From contig JBAWZC010000002.1 in assembly GCA_037143235.1 (NCBI GenBank), positions 47,186-111,185 of the forward strand: a stretch of DNA of 64,000 nucleotides, given 5' to 3'. The notes below the pieces were generated by a model. It saw only the letters and a list, made by a program, of their open reading frames with translations, was not told the DNA's origin and ran no database searches. Shown one piece after another: positions 48,275 through 58,991 of the stretch. Made by a program: the position numbers and the translations under genes. Numbering within the stretch: the first letter of the stretch is position 1; every line of letters begins with the position of its first letter. This stretch comes from Candidatus Berkelbacteria bacterium. Its GTDB lineage: Bacteria; Patescibacteriota; UBA1384; XYA2-FULL-43-10; 1-14-0-10-43-13.

Positions 48275-49547
48275 TCTCAGATACATTTTTGATTACTTTC
48301 GGTAGCGTATAACCGAGATTTTTTGCTTCTTTTTCCCGCTCCTTTTGTCGTACCACTCTGCGGACCTCACCAGAAAGGCCGACCTCGCCAAAAATACAAA
48401 TATTTTCCTTTGCAGGTATATTTTTCTGTGAAGAAATAATTGCGACGCAAACTGCCAAGTCCACAGCCGGTTCAATCACCTTTATTCCACCAACAATATT
48501 TAAATAGATATCACAATTCGACAAATTTATGTTAGTCTTTTTTGTGATGACAGCTGCCAGCAAGTTTAATCTATTTAGGTCAAAGCCAGAACTTGTCCGC
48601 TTGGGATAACCAAAATTTGTCGGAGTTACCAGGGCCTGGACTTCAATCAAAATCGGCCGAGTCCCCTCAATCATCGCCGTCACCACGCTACCCGCCAAAT
48701 TAGTTTTTTCAGATAAGAATAACTCAGATGGATTTTTGATCTCTGTCATCCCTCTTTCATCGAGAGAAAAAATCCCAACTTCGTTCGTGGCACCGAATCT
48801 ATTTTTCACCCCACGAAGAATCCTCGCGTCGTTAAATCGATCGCCCTCCAGATACAGAACCACATCAACAATGTGTTCAAGTAACCGCGGTCCAGCAATA
48901 TCTCCCTCCTTCGTCACATGACCGATTATCAGAACAGGAATATTTAATTGCTTTGCCAATCGTTGTAAGAAAATTCCACACTCTTTGACCTGAGAAACAC
49001 TTCCTGTGCTTGATTCAACATTATCAAGGTAAACAGTCTGGATAGAATCAATAATCAAAAGCGCAGGCCGAGAAGTCTCACACTCTACTTTGATTTGCAG
49101 TAAATCGCCACTGGCAACCAGGCGGCAGCCACTTTCCTTTACGCCGATTCGATCCGCTCTCGACTTGATCTGATGCAAAGATTCCTCACCAGAAACATAC
49201 AGGACATTGCAGATATTTTGGCACAGCTGAAGCAATAAAGTCGATTTACCAATGCCAGGTTCGCCACCTAACAGAATTACTGATCCAGGAACGATACCAC
49301 CACCTAGTACACGATTCATCTCTTCGACACCAGTCGATATTCGTCTATGATTGTCAGTCTCGATCTCACTTAATCGCAAAACCTCAATCGCATTTTGAGT
49401 AGTAGAATTTTTATGTTTACCTCCAACAACTTTCACTTCTTTGATCGTATTCCACTCACCACAATAAGAGCACTTGCCACTCCAAGCACCGAACTCATTA
49501 CCACAACTATTACACATCCAGATGATTGAATTTTTATTGGCCTTCAT
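48252..49547 (-). CDS. radA: DNA repair protein RadA/Sms
   Basis: CxxC..CxxC, GEPGIGKST, KNRFG. Confidence 0.97.
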   Translation of the reverse strand: MKANKNSIIWMCNSCGNEFGAWSGKCSYCGEWNTIKEVKVVGGKHKNSTTQNAIEVLRLSEIETDNHRRISTGVEEMNRVLGGGIVPGSVILLGGEPGIGKSTLLLQLCQNICNVLYVSGEESLHQIKSRADRIGVKESGCRLVASGDLLQIKVECETSRPALLIIDSIQTVYLDNVESSTGSVSQVKECGIFLQRLAKQLNIPVLIIGHVTKEGDIAGPRLLEHIVDVVLYLEGDRFNDARILRGVKNRFGATNEVGIFSLDERGMTEIKNPSELFLSEKTNLAGSVVTAMIEGTRPILIEVQALVTPTNFGYPKRTSSGFDLNRLNLLAAVITKKTNINLSNCDIYLNIVGGIKVIEPAVDLAVCVAIISSQKNIPAKENICIFGEVGLSGEVRRVVRQKEREKEAKNLGYTLPKVIKNVSEIKELLVS

Positions 49548-49561
49548 ATTCCATCCTAAAA

Positions 49562-51229
49562 TTAATTTTCGCGAGATACAGATGACTTTTTCAAATCGAG
49601 TATTTTAAGGGACACCTGCTCATTATCATTCCAGTTATCTATCTCTACATTGAAAGCCAAATCGTATTTTTGACCGTTTTCAATCTTGACCATATTCTCA
49701 CCCTTGTCGAAATATATCGATTTAAATGATTGGCCGAGAGAGAGGGAACAAAATGACGCATGCTTTGCATCTTTGCCGACCATCCGAAGATATTTTATCT
49801 CCGCATCACGAAGAACAAACACCGGACGAGGATTGGACAGACCATAGGGCTCGAGTTGATCAAGGACTTTTATGCTTTGCAAATTCATTTCGCTGGCTAA
49901 TACTTCGCAATCAATTTTCAGTTTTCGAGCAAAAATTTCCGCAGGTATTTTAGCAGACTTCGTTACCATCGCAGCGATAAATTTATCCAGATTATTCTCC
50001 GATACAGACAGACCCGCAGCCCCAGCATGCCCGCCAAATTTGATCAGATGCTGTGAAACCGCTTCCAGTAAATCAACGATATTTATACCAGAGATACTTC
50101 TGGCGCTGCCGGTGTAGGACTCTTGCTCCTTCGATAGCAATACTACAGGCTTATAATATCTTTCAACCAATCGGCTTGCCGTCGGACCCATCACTCCCTT
50201 GGGCCAGTCGCCATGGGCAATAATAATATTGTTCGAGTCCAACTTATTTTTTTCGATAATCAATACAGCCTCCTGTTCAACTGTCGCCATCTGGTCCTGT
50301 CGTTCAATATTTTTCTCTTCCAGACAGGAAGCTAGATCATCGACTTCGGATTGATCATCGCTGACTAATATTTCAAATGATTTTGTGGCATGATCAATCC
50401 TACCAGGGGCATTGATCCTTGGCGCAATCTGAAAACCGACACCATAAGACCCGATAGGCATTTTCAAAGCAGCATTTTGAATTAATTTTTTGATGCCAAT
50501 GTTTCTAGTTTTATTCAACACTGTGAGGCCATACTTTACAAAAACTCGGTTTTCTCCGACAACAGAAACTACATCCGCAATAGTTGAAATTGCTACCAGA
50601 TCCAAATTCCATTTCAGAAATGTTTCATTGAGTATGCTCGGATAATGAACCGCTAAAGCCTGTATGATTTTGTATGACACTGCGCAGCCACACAAATCTT
50701 TAAAAGGGTACTCATCCCCAGGTTTTTTGGGGTTAATCACTGCAAATGCATCAGGTATTTCTGACCCCGGCAGATGATGATCAGAAATAATTAAATCAAT
50801 TTTTTTGTCTGAACAGTAGCGAGCTTCAGCAATACTTCTAATGCCAAGATCGATCGTGATAATTAATTTTGCTCCCTCAGAAACAAGGTAGTTTATCCCC
50901 TCCTCGCTCAGGCCGTAACCAGATTCCCTGCTGGGAATATACACGACGGCTTTGGCCCCTATCGCTGTTAAGGCACGATAAAGTAACGCCGCCCCAGGAA
51001 TTCCATCCGCATCATAATCAGCAAAAATTCCAATTTTATCATTTGATTTCACAGCTTCGGCTATCCGAGCCACCGCCTTGTCCATATCGGAGAGTAAATA
51101 CGGATCAAATAAATCTCGGGCAAAATCCGGTCGCAAAAAAGAATTAAACTTATCAGCAGTGATGCCACGATTGATCAAGATCTGATTTAATAATTTTTCT
51201 TCAGTTCGTTTTTTAACAATCCATTCCAT
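49562..51229 (-). CDS. recJ: ssDNA exonuclease RecJ
   Basis: DYDADG, DHH, PRINAPGR, GGHAGAAG. Confidence 0.96.
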   Translation of the reverse strand: MEWIVKKRTEEKLLNQILINRGITADKFNSFLRPDFARDLFDPYLLSDMDKAVARIAEAVKSNDKIGIFADYDADGIPGAALLYRALTAIGAKAVVYIPSRESGYGLSEEGINYLVSEGAKLIITIDLGIRSIAEARYCSDKKIDLIISDHHLPGSEIPDAFAVINPKKPGDEYPFKDLCGCAVSYKIIQALAVHYPSILNETFLKWNLDLVAISTIADVVSVVGENRVFVKYGLTVLNKTRNIGIKKLIQNAALKMPIGSYGVGFQIAPRINAPGRIDHATKSFEILVSDDQSEVDDLASCLEEKNIERQDQMATVEQEAVLIIEKNKLDSNNIIIAHGDWPKGVMGPTASRLVERYYKPVVLLSKEQESYTGSARSISGINIVDLLEAVSQHLIKFGGHAGAAGLSVSENNLDKFIAAMVTKSAKIPAEIFARKLKIDCEVLASEMNLQSIKVLDQLEPYGLSNPRPVFVLRDAEIKYLRMVGKDAKHASFCSLSLGQSFKSIYFDKGENMVKIENGQKYDLAFNVEIDNWNDNEQVSLKILDLKKSSVSREN

Positions 51230-51261
51230 AACAATCCTAATCTAAAAAAACAAATCCATAT

Positions 51262-52071
51262 TTATTTGTAATATACCCAACCATCGATGCGCAGGTCGAC
51301 ATACTCTTTAATATCCGGCCTCTTTTGCGCCAAAACTATTTTCAAATTTTCCAACTGAGAGGCACTCGAACGAGTGGTATCGAATTTTACAAAAAAACCA
51401 GCATCGGTAGACACATTCATATCAAAAGTAGTGTCCTGAATCTCATACTTTATCGGATGAATATTGACTGCATTGAAAAACTGATTATTTAAATTAAGGG
51501 TGAACGCGACAAAATTCGGTGATACAATCTGCGTTGCATTTGATACTGGCAAATTGTGTTTATCTGCGACGAGAATGAGATTTGTATATTTATCAGCAGG
51601 AACCTCGTGTATTATCTCCCCCTGATCGCTCAACAAATAATTCTTACCGGTAGTTTGCCAAACCATCACAGGATTTCTCTCCAAAACAATAACCTTATAC
51701 GCATTTGGAATCCCACGGATCACACGAATATCTTTGATCTCAGACATTTTTTTCAAAATATTTTTTTCAATATCGCCAGTATTTGATAAAAATATATTTT
51801 GCCCTGTAGGAATTTCGGCGCGAATCGCATCAGTTTGAATTAAGACATTGCCCTCAACTATAACATCCGCAACTTTGAAATACGAAGATGTCAGAAAAAA
51901 TACAGAGGCAGAAAGAACCACTACCAAAGCAAAAACCAATTTAATTTTAAAAATCAGCCGACTTTTTTCGCCACCATCGACATTCTTACTCTCTCTTTCA
52001 GTCAACAAAATATTTCGACGACGCGGAATATTTTTATTAACAACTTTTTTGTCCCTCCAGAATCTCATCAC
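51262..52071 (-). CDS. ftsQ: Cell division protein FtsQ/DivIB
   Basis: TM plus POTRA plus YVDLR; dcw context. Confidence 0.85.
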   Translation of the reverse strand: MMRFWRDKKVVNKNIPRRRNILLTERESKNVDGGEKSRLIFKIKLVFALVVVLSASVFFLTSSYFKVADVIVEGNVLIQTDAIRAEIPTGQNIFLSNTGDIEKNILKKMSEIKDIRVIRGIPNAYKVIVLERNPVMVWQTTGKNYLLSDQGEIIHEVPADKYTNLILVADKHNLPVSNATQIVSPNFVAFTLNLNNQFFNAVNIHPIKYEIQDTTFDMNVSTDAGFFVKFDTTRSSASQLENLKIVLAQKRPDIKEYVDLRIDGWVYYK

Positions 52072-53009
52072 CAGTTCCCAATATATTCAATTTCTTCCTC
52101 AAGCTTCACATTGTATTTCTCTGCAACGGTCTCCTTGATCTTGGCAGCGAGATCCTGAATATCCTTAGCTGATGCATTGTTTTTATTGACCAAAAAATTA
52201 GCATGCTTCGACGATACGGCTGAACCGCCTACCTTCATCTTTTTCCCGCCAACTTTCTCAATCAAGTAGCCGGCAGACATCTCCTTGGTCTGACCTGGGT
52301 TTTTAAAGAAACTTCCAGCTGACGACTCGTCCAGAGGTTGGGTTTTCTTTTTCTTATCCAAACATTCTTTCATCATTGATAAAATTTCATCCTTACGACG
52401 TCGAGCCAACTGCAAGGTTACAGTCAATATTATTGGCTTTGCCGCATATCGCTTTGATTCCTTCTTCAGTGAAGATTCACGGTATGCAAAATGGAACCAA
52501 CTACGATCTACCTTTCTCGTTTCAAGTCTATCTTCGACAACAACCAGAATCGTTGCGGACTTCACAAAATCACCAATTTCATGACCAAATGCACCAGCAT
52601 TTCCATAAATTGCACCGCCCACGGTTCCAGGGATACCAAACATAAACTCAAGTCCACCAAGATCGCGACCGGCGGCTAGGTTGATCAAACGACCAATTGA
52701 AATCCCTGATTCAACTATTACTTCAGAAGAACTCGCGCTGAATATCGCTTCATTTGCATTATTTTTTATTACCATCCCTTGGAAGCCGGCGTCAGCTGGC
52801 AGGATATTGTACCCTCCCCCGAGAACAAAATATGGAACTTTATTCTCAAAACAAAAACGAATCGCCCGAGAGATATCGTCCACGGTTTTGGCCTCAATAT
52901 AATAATCAGCCACGCCGCCAACCTTCAAGGACACTTTATCGTTTAACGGCTCATTGTATTTTATCTTATCGCCAAAATAATCAGACATTTTTAGATCAAG
53001 ATCATTCAT
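52068..53009 (-). CDS. murB: UDP-N-acetylenolpyruvoylglucosamine reductase
   Basis: GIPGTVGGA..GNAGAFG, SAGSFFKNP, KHANF. Confidence 0.96.
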   Translation of the reverse strand: MNDLDLKMSDYFGDKIKYNEPLNDKVSLKVGGVADYYIEAKTVDDISRAIRFCFENKVPYFVLGGGYNILPADAGFQGMVIKNNANEAIFSASSSEVIVESGISIGRLINLAAGRDLGGLEFMFGIPGTVGGAIYGNAGAFGHEIGDFVKSATILVVVEDRLETRKVDRSWFHFAYRESSLKKESKRYAAKPIILTVTLQLARRRKDEILSMMKECLDKKKKTQPLDESSAGSFFKNPGQTKEMSAGYLIEKVGGKKMKVGGSAVSSKHANFLVNKNNASAKDIQDLAAKIKETVAEKYNVKLEEEIEYIGNW

Positions 53010-54271
53010 ATATTTTCCTTTGCTAGAATTTCTCCAATTTTATATACCGGTGGTATGCCCAGTGTCAATAAAACAGAATCTTTATCTATGATTTTCTCAA
53101 GATAAGTAACGATTTCTTCGTCGGTTGTCATCACCGATGTTTTTATACCATTTGCCTCAGTTAGCTTCATAATATCCTCAGAACGAACCGGCAGCTCCTC
53201 GTCACGACCAGACACAAAAAATATCGGTTTTAAGATTAATTCATCGATACCCGCAAAACAATCCCCAAATTCTGCCAACAACGGCAAGATTCTCTTGTAT
53301 TGATGAGGCCAAAAAACAACGACTTTTCTTTTTTCCGGGTAACGCTCGACCAAGCCCTCAATCGTCGCCCTGATCTCTGTTGGATGATGGCCATAATCAT
53401 CGATTATATCTGAGCCATTATACTGACCCATTCTTTCAAAGCGACGATGCGCCCCCTTGAACTTCTGCAGACAATCTTCTGTAATCTTCCGCTCAATTTT
53501 CAAGTGGTCGGCCAAAGCAACAACAGCCAAAGCATTTTCGACATTATGATGCCCAGGGATACTCAAGGGAAAATCAAGTTTGCTATAATCACCTTCGTCG
53601 CCGCCATAGTATATCACAGGCGCTTGTGACTGAGTTTTCGCAAGCAGTGCCTTAATATTAGCATCTTTTCGGCAGGCGATGATCAAGCCGTCAGAGGGAA
53701 CACGATCAATATATTGAGAAAATGTCTCCATAATTTCTGGCAAGCCACCAGGGTAACTGTCTAAATGTTCTTCCTCTATGTTCGTCAAAACCAATATATA
53801 AGGACGGTAAAATAAAATATTTTTATCGTATTCACAGGCTTCAAAAACAAACCAAGGTGAATGCCCTACTCGAAGCACATCTCCCCATTCAGTGACGACA
53901 TCACCAACCAAACAAGTTGGATCGAACCCTGCCCCAGTCAGAACCAAAGAAACCATCGAGGTGACGGTTGTCTTACCATGCATACCTGAAACTGCGATCA
54001 TCTTTTTATCCTTGAAAAGGATACCAATAAATTCCGATCGCTTGACGACCTTGATATTTCTTCTGTTGGCTTCTTCGACTTCAATCCAACCAGGCGATCC
54101 GGGTGTTACTGCTGAAGTTCTCACCACCAGATCAATATCGCCAGTAATATTTTCCTTTTTGTGACCACCGGTTTTAATGTCTGACCCAACGACAATATGA
54201 CCCTGTTGTCGCAGATACTCTGCAATTCCTTGCATAGAAATACCATTTATACCAATCAAGAAATACTTCAT
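53006..54271 (-). CDS. murC: UDP-N-acetylmuramate--L-alanine ligase
   Basis: IGINGISM, GMHGKTT, EACEY, DDYGHHPTEI. Confidence 0.93.
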   Translation of the reverse strand: MKYFLIGINGISMQGIAEYLRQQGHIVVGSDIKTGGHKKENITGDIDLVVRTSAVTPGSPGWIEVEEANRRNIKVVKRSEFIGILFKDKKMIAVSGMHGKTTVTSMVSLVLTGAGFDPTCLVGDVVTEWGDVLRVGHSPWFVFEACEYDKNILFYRPYILVLTNIEEEHLDSYPGGLPEIMETFSQYIDRVPSDGLIIACRKDANIKALLAKTQSQAPVIYYGGDEGDYSKLDFPLSIPGHHNVENALAVVALADHLKIERKITEDCLQKFKGAHRRFERMGQYNGSDIIDDYGHHPTEIRATIEGLVERYPEKRKVVVFWPHQYKRILPLLAEFGDCFAGIDELILKPIFFVSGRDEELPVRSEDIMKLTEANGIKTSVMTTDEEIVTYLEKIIDKDSVLLTLGIPPVYKIGEILAKENI

Positions 54272-54273
54272 TT

Positions 54274-55359
54274 TTACTCCTTATGATTTATTAAATCATT
54301 AGCAATATTTTCTATTGCGTCGGATTTAAAAAACTTATTGGCAGCGTCAGTCATCTTTCTCGCACGATCATTTTCGGACAATATCAAACCAATTGTGCCA
54401 GCCAACTCTTCTAATATTTTATCTTCAGTAATGACAATTGCCCCGCCACTACTTGAAATAGCCATAGCATTTTTATACTGATGATCACCTGAGGCATAGA
54501 TATATGGCACCAGTATCATTGGCTTCCCAGACACAGCTGTCTCAGCCATCGTTGTCGCACCCGCTCGGCAAACGACCACATCAGCCGATGAAAGGATATC
54601 GGTGATGTTCGGCTTTTCGTCATAATGAAGAAAATCAGCTATTTTATAATGCTCTTGAAATTCAATCGATAATTGTTCAAAAATATTTCTCGCTTCAATC
54701 AAATTTTCTCTGCCAACCTGATGAAACAAATTATATTTCGGCAATATTTCGCCAAGCAACTGATAAATTAACTTATTTAGAGACTGAGCGCCCTGACTGC
54801 CGCCTAGGACAACAACTGTTGGCAGATCATTTTTGAAAATTTTTACATCATTCTTCGGCGGTAGTTTTATCATCTGCCCGACATAATGAGCATTGGAAAG
54901 ATCATAAAAACTTTCAGGAAAACCCGTGTAAACTTTTATTGCTTTATCAGCTGCATAAAGATTTGATTTGCCCATCACAATATCTGATTCATGAATAAAA
55001 TAAGGCCGTCGAAATAGCTTTGCCCAAAAGATAATCGGCACAGACGCGTAGCCGCCCTTCGAGAAGATTACATCGGGACGATACGAGAGCAAAATACCAA
55101 GTGATTGCAAAAGACCCCAAAACAATTTAATCAGCTCAACGATATTTTTATATTTTTTGTAACGATGAAATTTCCCGGTCACTATTGAGCTATAACCTGC
55201 AACTTTTGAAAAATATGCTCTTTCAATCTCAGTACCAGAACCTATAATCTTTATTCTTAACCTTGGATCAATCGATTTTATCTTCTGTGCTAGTAAAAAT
55301 ATCGGAACGAAATGACCGCCCGAACCACCACCAACCAATAATAACTTTTTATTTTTCAT
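54274..55359 (-). CDS. murG: MurG glycosyltransferase
   Basis: GGGSGGH, KGGYAS, GGSQGA, HQYKNA; start moved to MKNKK. Confidence 0.95.
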   Translation of the reverse strand: MKNKKLLLVGGGSGGHFVPIFLLAQKIKSIDPRLRIKIIGSGTEIERAYFSKVAGYSSIVTGKFHRYKKYKNIVELIKLFWGLLQSLGILLSYRPDVIFSKGGYASVPIIFWAKLFRRPYFIHESDIVMGKSNLYAADKAIKVYTGFPESFYDLSNAHYVGQMIKLPPKNDVKIFKNDLPTVVVLGGSQGAQSLNKLIYQLLGEILPKYNLFHQVGRENLIEARNIFEQLSIEFQEHYKIADFLHYDEKPNITDILSSADVVVCRAGATTMAETAVSGKPMILVPYIYASGDHQYKNAMAISSSGGAIVITEDKILEELAGTIGLILSENDRARKMTDAANKFFKSDAIENIANDLINHKE

Positions 55360-56455
55360 ACGAACTCGCTGATTTGGATATATTTGTAAGTATACCAACT
55401 GCCGCCAAAAGCACAATCATTGAAGTTCCGCCATAGCTGATAAACGGCAACGGGATACCAGTAAGTGGGACAAGAGACATCATGGCGCCAATATTGATAA
55501 TCATCTGAAAAAATATCCAACTAGTGATACCAATCGCTAAATACTTGCCAAAATTATCGGATATTCTCTCGGCAATCTTAAAGCCGCGGAAAGCGATAAA
55601 GACAAAAACAGCAATCACTACCATCGATCGAACCATGCCAAGCTCTTCGGCAATAATCGCAAAGATGGAATCAGTATGTGCCTCCGGCAAATATAAAAAC
55701 TTCTGTTTGCTTTGGCCAAAACCCAGCCCCCACAGCCCACCGGAACCAATCGCGATCAAAGCATTTTTAATATGATAGCCAGATCCAAGAGCGTTATCTT
55801 CGGGATTCAAAAAGGTCAAAAATCGCTGCATCCGATATGGTTCTATCTTGATAGCTAGCCATACTACGAAAGCACCCAGCCCCATTCCGCCGACAATGTT
55901 AGTTACTGGCGCACCAGAAGCAAAATACACCGCCGCTGTAATTACCACAAAGATTAACAGAGTACCTAAATCCTTTTGTAACATCATGATTGCCGCTACG
56001 GTTCCCAGAATCGCCACCACGGACCAAAACAATTTACCCGCAGGAACTGCCTGCTTGGTTTTGTTGGCCAGCCAACCGCAAAGATATAATAAGTATGTCA
56101 ATTTCGCAACCTCAGCGGGTTGAAATGAGGTAAAACCAAGATTGATCCATCTACCGGTCGATGCTATACCAAAGGGTTGTAAAATTATTGGCAACAACAA
56201 CAAACCAATCGTTACATAAAATAGCTTATCGAGATGTTTAACCCAAACGCGGTAATCTATTCCCTGAGCGACAACCCAGACGACAAGTCCAATCAAAACT
56301 GAAGTGAGCTGCTTTTTCAAAAAATATTTATCAGTCTGCTCGTGCGTTAATTGGAGAGAATAATATTTCGATACAGAATAAATCATAATCAAACCAAAAG
56401 CCACCAGTGCGAACACAGCAATAGACAACCAAACATCAGACTTTCTTTTTAACAT
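55349..56455 (-). CDS. ftsW: SEDS protein FtsW
   Basis: RWI, QPAE.AK, LPEAHTD, SYGGTS. Confidence 0.95.
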   Translation of the reverse strand: MLKRKSDVWLSIAVFALVAFGLIMIYSVSKYYSLQLTHEQTDKYFLKKQLTSVLIGLVVWVVAQGIDYRVWVKHLDKLFYVTIGLLLLPIILQPFGIASTGRWINLGFTSFQPAEVAKLTYLLYLCGWLANKTKQAVPAGKLFWSVVAILGTVAAIMMLQKDLGTLLIFVVITAAVYFASGAPVTNIVGGMGLGAFVVWLAIKIEPYRMQRFLTFLNPEDNALGSGYHIKNALIAIGSGGLWGLGFGQSKQKFLYLPEAHTDSIFAIIAEELGMVRSMVVIAVFVFIAFRGFKIAERISDNFGKYLAIGITSWIFFQMIINIGAMMSLVPLTGIPLPFISYGGTSMIVLLAAVGILTNISKSASSYEK

Positions 56456-56487
56456 AATTCCTACCTGATTATGAAAATTGGGGTAAA

Positions 56488-57963
56488 TTACAACACAGAA
56501 TCAGCAATTTTATTTACCGCGTCCTTGAATCTTTCGCCCCTATCTTTGTAATTCTTGAACATATCAAAGCTTGCACATGCCGGAGAAAATAATACCACAT
56601 CGCCCGTGACAGCAACGGCCTTCGACTGTTTTACGATCTCATCTATATCACCAACTCCATCAATTATCTGACCAATATAATCATTTTCGAGCAATGATGC
56701 TCTGATCTTTGGACCCTCCGCACCAATAACAACGACGGCCTTAACATTGTTTTGAGTGATTACTTTTGCCATTTCTGAAAAATCAGCACCCTTAGAGCTT
56801 CCGCCCAGTATTAATATTTTCGGACTCTCAAATGATTCAATGGCAGCAATGGTCGGCCCAGGATTTGTCGCAAAAGAATCGTTGACATATGTTACACCGT
56901 CAATTTCTCTAACGAACTCTAAACGATGAGGCAAGCCGATGAATTCTTTGACAGCCGATGATATAATTTTTAAATCAATGTTAAGCAGACGAGCCGCCAA
57001 AGCTGCTGCGGCAATATTCTCCAAATTGTGCCTGCCCAACAACTTTATTTCAGTTAAATCGCATATTTTTTCTTTTCTCCCATCCTCGTGAAGAAAAACT
57101 GCATATGTATTCATATATTTCTCTATCGTAGCGTCAACATCGTTTTTTGATTTGGAAAAGTATAATTTGCGAGATTTAACCATGTTTAACTCGCCATCAT
57201 CATATGACGAGTCAGCATTGATAACAGCAAAATCATTCTCCGTTTGATATTGAAAAATATTAAACTTCGCCTTGCGATACTCTACTTCAGATTGATGATA
57301 GTCAAGATGATCAACACCAAGATTTGTAAACACAGCAATGTGCGGACTTTTTTGCAGGTCAGCAAGCTGAAAATTTGACAGCTCTAGTATTACGATATCT
57401 TCTGATTTTAATTTATCTATCAACGAGATCGCCGGATAACCAATATTTCCAGCCAAATATACTGCCGGCGCTTCGCTTTTGCCATTGGACATTTGAACAT
57501 TGGAATTTGATTGGTAATTGGTAATTGGAAATTGGAAATTATTTTTAAGTATTTCATAAACCAACGAAGCAGTGGTTCCTTTACCTTTTGTCCCAGTAAT
57601 CCCAACTATTGGACAGGGACAAAGATCAAAAAATAGATCAATCTGCGAAGTTATGCATACCCCAGATTTTTTCGCTTCGACCAATTTTGGGTCATCGAAA
57701 TAGACCGCTGGAGAACGAAACACCATATCGTATTGATCTAAATTATCCAAATATTGCGGACCGAAAATTCTACTAATATTCTCATCAGCCAAGATGCTTA
57801 CAATTTTTTCACCTAGATCGGCTGGCATTTTCTTTCGATAATCTTCTTCAGTCTCCCTATCCAAGATTGTGATCTTGGCCCCTTTTTGACTAAGAAAATC
57901 CACCATAGCGACACCTTCGACCCAGAGACCAATAACCGCGACTTTTTTATTCTCGAAATTCAT
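56488..57963 (-). CDS. murD: UDP-N-acetylmuramoyl-L-alanine--D-glutamate ligase
   Basis: ITGTKGKGTT, GNIG, ELSNFQL, HRLE, SPACASFD. Confidence 0.96.
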   Translation of the reverse strand: MNFENKKVAVIGLWVEGVAMVDFLSQKGAKITILDRETEEDYRKKMPADLGEKIVSILADENISRIFGPQYLDNLDQYDMVFRSPAVYFDDPKLVEAKKSGVCITSQIDLFFDLCPCPIVGITGTKGKGTTASLVYEILKNNFQFPITNYQSNSNVQMSNGKSEAPAVYLAGNIGYPAISLIDKLKSEDIVILELSNFQLADLQKSPHIAVFTNLGVDHLDYHQSEVEYRKAKFNIFQYQTENDFAVINADSSYDDGELNMVKSRKLYFSKSKNDVDATIEKYMNTYAVFLHEDGRKEKICDLTEIKLLGRHNLENIAAAALAARLLNIDLKIISSAVKEFIGLPHRLEFVREIDGVTYVNDSFATNPGPTIAAIESFESPKILILGGSSKGADFSEMAKVITQNNVKAVVVIGAEGPKIRASLLENDYIGQIIDGVGDIDEIVKQSKAVAVTGDVVLFSPACASFDMFKNYKDRGERFKDAVNKIADSVL

Positions 57964-58982
57964 TAGATCGTTCCCCTACCTACCAAGGCAATAGCCAAAC
58001 CAGCAACAGATGAAATAGCACTGATAATCCAAAAGCGCATCACAATCTTGCCCTCTGGCCAACCGATGGCTTCGAGATGATGATGAAATGGCGAAGACAA
58101 AAAGATCTTTTTACCATTTCTAAATTTCTTGGAAAGCATTTGGATAATAAAACTCAGACCTTCCAAAGTGAAAACGAGAGTAACCAGCGGTAACACTACT
58201 ACCGCATTTGTTTGAAAGGCAATTACTGCCAAGGTCATACCCAGAGCCATACTGCCAGTATCACCCATAAAAAAGCGGGCTGGAGGTATATTGAACCAAA
58301 GAAAAGCCAATAAAGCCCCCATGACAGTGGCGCAGAAAATTGCGAGCGGCTCTCGCCCTTCGACCAAAGCCAGCAAACCGTAGGCTCCATAAGAAAAAGC
58401 AAAGATGCCACCAGCAAGACCGTCCAAACCATCTGTCTCATTTGAAGCAAATGCTACCCAAACCAAAGTAACAATGAACAAGGGCACATACCACAGACCG
58501 ATTGTGAAATCACCAATACCGGGTAGATGAATCGAGTTCCAGCCAAGCTTGGAGTAGAACCACCAGGCCCCCACCGCTGCAATCGCGGCATAGACCGGAA
58601 ATTTCTGCCTAAAGGTTAGTCCGCCACCCTTTTCACCGATACCTTTGACATTTAAATAATCGTCAACCAAGCCAACAATACCTGTCGCAATCAAACAAAA
58701 CAGTACCAGCCAAGTGCCAGATCGAGAAAAGTTAAACAACAAAGTCAAAATTGCAACTGTGACCCAGATCAGAATTCCGCCCATGGTTGGGGTTCCCGCT
58801 TTTTTCGCATGCAAAGCCGCCATGATCGGCGCGCTTTTGGCATCACGAATCGTTTTACCAAGTTTATTTTTGTACAAAAAATCAGTCAAAAGCGGTGTCC
58901 AGAAAAAAGCAATCATGAAGCTCAGCGTTGCCATGCCGAAGAGACGGATCAAAGTGCCTGAATTAATTTCGAAAAATTCCAT
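57963..58982 (-). CDS. mraY: Phospho-N-acetylmuramoyl-pentapeptide transferase
   Basis: KAGTPTMGG, DD, TDGLDGL, FMGDTGS, HHH. Confidence 0.97.
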   Translation of the reverse strand: MEFFEINSGTLIRLFGMATLSFMIAFFWTPLLTDFLYKNKLGKTIRDAKSAPIMAALHAKKAGTPTMGGILIWVTVAILTLLFNFSRSGTWLVLFCLIATGIVGLVDDYLNVKGIGEKGGGLTFRQKFPVYAAIAAVGAWWFYSKLGWNSIHLPGIGDFTIGLWYVPLFIVTLVWVAFASNETDGLDGLAGGIFAFSYGAYGLLALVEGREPLAIFCATVMGALLAFLWFNIPPARFFMGDTGSMALGMTLAVIAFQTNAVVVLPLVTLVFTLEGLSFIIQMLSKKFRNGKKIFLSSPFHHHLEAIGWPEGKIVMRFWIISAISSVAGLAIALVGRGTI

Positions 58983-58991
58983 GGTACCTCG

